Part shown: positions 5,974-7,878 of the stretch, in pieces | How the letters are laid out: every line of letters begins with the position of its first letter | Numbering within the stretch: position 1 is the first letter of the stretch | The notes under the pieces: generated by a model | The model's database searches: none | Told to the model about the DNA's origin: nothing | The model's input: only the letters and a program-made list of their open reading frames with translations | Program-made: the position numbers and the translations under genes | Assembly: GCA_001192655.1 (NCBI GenBank) | Contig: BBVC01000072.1 | Span: 1-7,878 of the forward strand | Direction of reading: 5' to 3' | Source of the DNA: Caedimonas varicaedens | Lineage (GTDB): Bacteria; Pseudomonadota; Alphaproteobacteria; Caedimonadales; Caedimonadaceae | DNA length: 7,878 nt

Positions 5974-7311
5974 ATGATGAATGATCAAGATACCCTGCAA
6001 GGACGTGTCAAACGCTATGCCCATGTCTCATCTGCTTTGGGCAGTGCTGCGATCAAATTTATGGGAGAGCGTTTTTTGGGATTTGATCTGGATCACGAAA
6101 CTCAGGCCAGAGATCTGGCAAAAGCTCTTGGTTCCCTTAAAGGTCCCGTGATGAAAGTTGCTCAAATATTAGCAACCATTCCCGATGCTGTACCCTCAGA
6201 GTATACACAGGAATTTTTACACCTTCAAACAGACGCACCTTCCATGGGCTGGCCTTTTGTCAAGCGTCGCATGGCACAGGAACTTGGGGTCAACTGGATA
6301 AACCATTTCCAGTCTTTTGATCGTGAAGCTTCTTTTGCTGCTTCTCTGGGGCAGGTTCATAAGGCTGTCTCCAAAGAGGGAGAAAATGTTGCGTGCAAGC
6401 TTCAATATCCTGATATGGCATCTGTTGTGGAAGCTGATCTTCAACAACTCAAACTCATTTTCCGCTTTTATGAAATGGCCTCTCCTGCCTTAAAAACAGA
6501 AGAAATATTCCAGGAAATCAGTGATCGACTGAAGGAAGAGCTGGATTATGAGCGAGAGGCAAAGCATATTGCTGCCTATCAATATATTTTGAAAGATTTT
6601 GAAAAAGTACATTTGCCAACTGTTATCCCTGAGCTTTCCACAAGAAAACTGCTGACAATGCAATGGCTTGAGGGAAAGAAACTTAAGGCTGTATTGGGAG
6701 AAAGCCAGGAATTACGTAATCAGCTGGCACAAACCATGTTTCACGTTTGGTATACTCCTTTTTATCATTATGGCTTTATTCATGGAGACCCCCATCTCGG
6801 CAATTATACTTTCCAGGAAGGCGGATCTGTCAATTTGCTTGATTTTGGGTGCATTCGAATATTTTCAGCAAAAATCATCCAGGGGGTGTTGAATTTGTAC
6901 CGTGCGCTTCAGCAAAATGATCAGGATCTCCTGGTTCATGCTTATGAAGGCTGGGGATTTTCTGAACTTTCCAAAGAAACGATCGAGGTCCTGAATCTCT
7001 GGGCAAAACTTCTTTATGATCCACTTCTTGAAGATTGCGTTCGCCCTATTCAGCGAGAGTTTAGCGGAATTCAAGGTCGGGAGACGGCGGCAAAAGTGCA
7101 TGAAGAACTTAAAAAATTGGGCGGCATCAAACCCCCTCGCGAATTTGTTTTCCTTGATCGGGCAGCCGTGGGAATAGGGTCTGTCTTTCTTCATCTTAAA
7201 GCTCAGCTTAATTGGCATCAGGAATTTGAAAAGGTTATTGAGGGTTTTGAATTAAGTAAACTGAGCAAAAATCAGGAAACTGTTTTGAACTCTATAAAAC
7301 TTTCTGTCTGA
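5974..7311 (+). CDS. ABC1/UbiB/ADCK-family atypical protein kinase-like protein (COQ8-like, soluble form).
   Basis: It has an Ala-rich loop FAASLGQVHKA, a catalytic Lys context VACKLQYPD, a catalytic loop HGDPHLGNY, a DFG motif (LLDFGC), and an N-terminal KxGQ-type region (KVAQILATIPDAVP..LQTDAP). No C-terminal transmembrane helices are present. The start is taken as ATG 5974, 7 nt after the pyk stop; ATG 5977 and GTG 5956 are alternatives. Confidence 0.85.
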   Translation: MMNDQDTLQGRVKRYAHVSSALGSAAIKFMGERFLGFDLDHETQARDLAKALGSLKGPVMKVAQILATIPDAVPSEYTQEFLHLQTDAPSMGWPFVKRRMAQELGVNWINHFQSFDREASFAASLGQVHKAVSKEGENVACKLQYPDMASVVEADLQQLKLIFRFYEMASPALKTEEIFQEISDRLKEELDYEREAKHIAAYQYILKDFEKVHLPTVIPELSTRKLLTMQWLEGKKLKAVLGESQELRNQLAQTMFHVWYTPFYHYGFIHGDPHLGNYTFQEGGSVNLLDFGCIRIFSAKIIQGVLNLYRALQQNDQDLLVHAYEGWGFSELSKETIEVLNLWAKLLYDPLLEDCVRPIQREFSGIQGRETAAKVHEELKKLGGIKPPREFVFLDRAAVGIGSVFLHLKAQLNWHQEFEKVIEGFELSKLSKNQETVLNSIKLSV

Positions 7312-7322
7312 ATCCCAATGAG

Positions 7323-7336
7323 GGCTTCTGTGAAAA
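7323..7336 (+). repeat. Solo copy of the terminal motif of the downstream inverted-repeat element (GGCTTCTGTGAAAA).
   Basis: TTCTGTGAAAA (7326-7336) is identical to 7422-7432. A preceding GG is shared, with a 1-nt indel. Confidence 0.5.
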
Positions 7337-7417
7337 GCAAGAAAGACTATGCAAAAGTCTGTTATTATATCTAATTTTGGAAAGATTTTTCTGGAGCTCT
7401 TGATTGGGAAAAAATAT

Positions 7418-7571
7418 TAGGTTCTGTGAAAATTTTTCTATAATGTACCCCTATATTAACTTCCATAGCATTATCCTCACGAAAGCGAGAATCCATAGAA
7501 AGGGCTTGGATTCCCGAGATGACAGTAATAATTACTTATGATGCATTATAGATAAACCCTCACAGAACCTA
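7418..7571. mobile_element. 154-bp non-coding element bounded by 28-bp imperfect terminal inverted repeats; a candidate MITE or IS remnant, or alternatively a long-hairpin structured RNA.
   Basis: The left arm, 7418-7445, is TAGGTTCTGTGAAAATTTTTCTATAATG. The reverse complement of the right arm, 7544-7571, is TAGGTTCTGTGAGGGTTTATCTATAATG. They match at 24 of 28 positions, including the 12 outermost. If the repeat proper starts at GG, both ends are flanked by TA. No ORF with an SD lies inside. Confidence 0.5.
7486..7516. other. Internal hairpin of the 154-bp element (10-bp stem with one A/C mismatch, 11-nt loop).
   Basis: CGAGAATCCA (7486-7495) pairs with TGGATTCCCG (7507-7516) at 9 of 10 positions; the loop is TAGAAAGGGCT. 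No T-tract follows on either strand. Confidence 0.45.
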
Positions 7572-7878
7572 GTAATACAATTTATTTATAAGCTCTTTTT
7601 TCTCTGGTACAAGGAAAGCAGGATGTCCTTAAACAAACATTATCTATAAGCGAAAAAAAGTCATTAAAGACAGCTACTGTCAGTACACTGTGAAGCGTAA
7701 CAAATTGAGTTGTCAAATGGAATTTCTGATTAAACGCTTTATAATGATCACCTTTCTCATTAAAAACAGGGTTTTTACTGGCATAAACAAAATTTAATGC
7801 TGATAATTAAACTACCTATATAAATATTATTTCTATACCCTATTGGCGTATTATTAATTAGGTTGATGTCAACATCGG

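Noticed and set aside
3083-7311. The idea that the EamA-NUDIX-kinase cluster is a novel defence or signalling system.
   Set aside because: Each protein matches a widespread housekeeping family with intact canonical motifs. The cluster includes pyruvate kinase, its composition matches the flanks, and no nuclease, ATPase, sensor or mobile-element context is present.
7344-7360. Possible intrinsic terminator for the kinase operon (AGACT-N7-AGTCT).
   Set aside because: The stem is only 5 bp, AT-rich and not followed by a T-tract. No better candidate was found between 7312 and 7420.
7433-7461. Resemblance to a XerC/D dif site (..CTATAATGTA....ATATTAAC compared with CATAATGTATATTATGTTAA).
   Set aside because: The best alignment needs a 7-nt central region instead of 6, and the XerC-arm match is poor. 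The similarity is mostly generic AT-rich sequence and lies within the inverted-repeat arm.
7471-7479. DnaA-box-like TTATCCTCA (8 of 9 match to TTATCCACA), raising the idea that the AT-rich tail is a replication origin.
   Set aside because: It is a single imperfect box. There is no cluster of boxes, and no TTAA-N7-TTAA CtrA sites with correct spacing (the closest is TTAA-N7-TTAT at 7629-7643). No origin-typical flanking genes are visible.
7371-7541. Short ORFs in or overlapping the element: a 41-aa minus-strand ORF (7371-7496) and a 32-aa plus-strand ORF (7443-7541).
   Set aside because: Neither has an SD-like sequence at proper spacing. The peptides have no distinctive character, and their length is within chance expectation for this composition.
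7426-7565. TGTGA and TCACA half-sites suggesting a CRP/FNR-type site.
   Set aside because: The half-sites are about 130 bp apart rather than separated by 6 bp. They are simply parts of the terminal inverted repeats.
7418-7571. 6S RNA or retron msr-msd interpretation of the long hairpin.
   Set aside because: I could not fold the interior into the continuous rod with a central bubble expected of 6S RNA, and no conserved 6S segments were recognised. No reverse transcriptase ORF follows, as a retron would require.
7775-7878. Minus-strand frame open from the right edge for 33 codons (..DVDINLINNTPIGYRNNIYIGSLIISIKFCLCQ*), possibly the 3' end of a gene starting beyond the window. A weak hairpin plus T-run lies downstream at about 7652-7681.
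   Set aside because: An open run of this length is not significant in AT-rich DNA when six frames are considered. The Asn/Ile-rich peptide looks like translated AT-rich spacer. This cannot be judged without the sequence to the right.

Overview
This window looks like an ordinary core-genome segment of a moderately AT-rich alphaproteobacterium. The clade assignment rests on a clear GapR/DUF2312 gene. From left to right it contains: the 3' end of a tRNA gene (1-35, +); a minus-strand block of a thioredoxin-reductase-like ferredoxin-NADP+ reductase (269-1282), an MFS transporter (1304-2524) and gapR (2685-2984); and a divergent, tightly packed plus-strand block of an EamA/DMT transporter (3083-3988), a NUDIX hydrolase (3978-4463), pyruvate kinase (4518-5966) and an ABC1/UbiB-family atypical kinase (5974-7311). 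The last ~570 bp (7312-7878) are visibly more AT-rich and have no convincing ORF on either strand. All other ORFs in the six-frame track are shadow or alternative-frame ORFs inside these genes. I found no convincing novel multi-gene system such as defence, toxin-antitoxin, CRISPR or secretion. The most unusual structure is in the non-coding tail: a 154-bp element (7418-7571) bounded by 28-bp imperfect inverted repeats (24/28) flanked by TA, with an internal 10-bp hairpin and a third, solo copy of the terminal motif upstream. It could be a MITE or IS remnant, or a structured RNA. Smaller observations are a G10 homopolymer inside the reductase gene, inverted repeats in two regulatory gaps, a KVAQ variant of the KxGQ motif in the kinase, and a C-terminal tail on GapR. 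All product calls rest on motif recognition by eye; no database search was possible.
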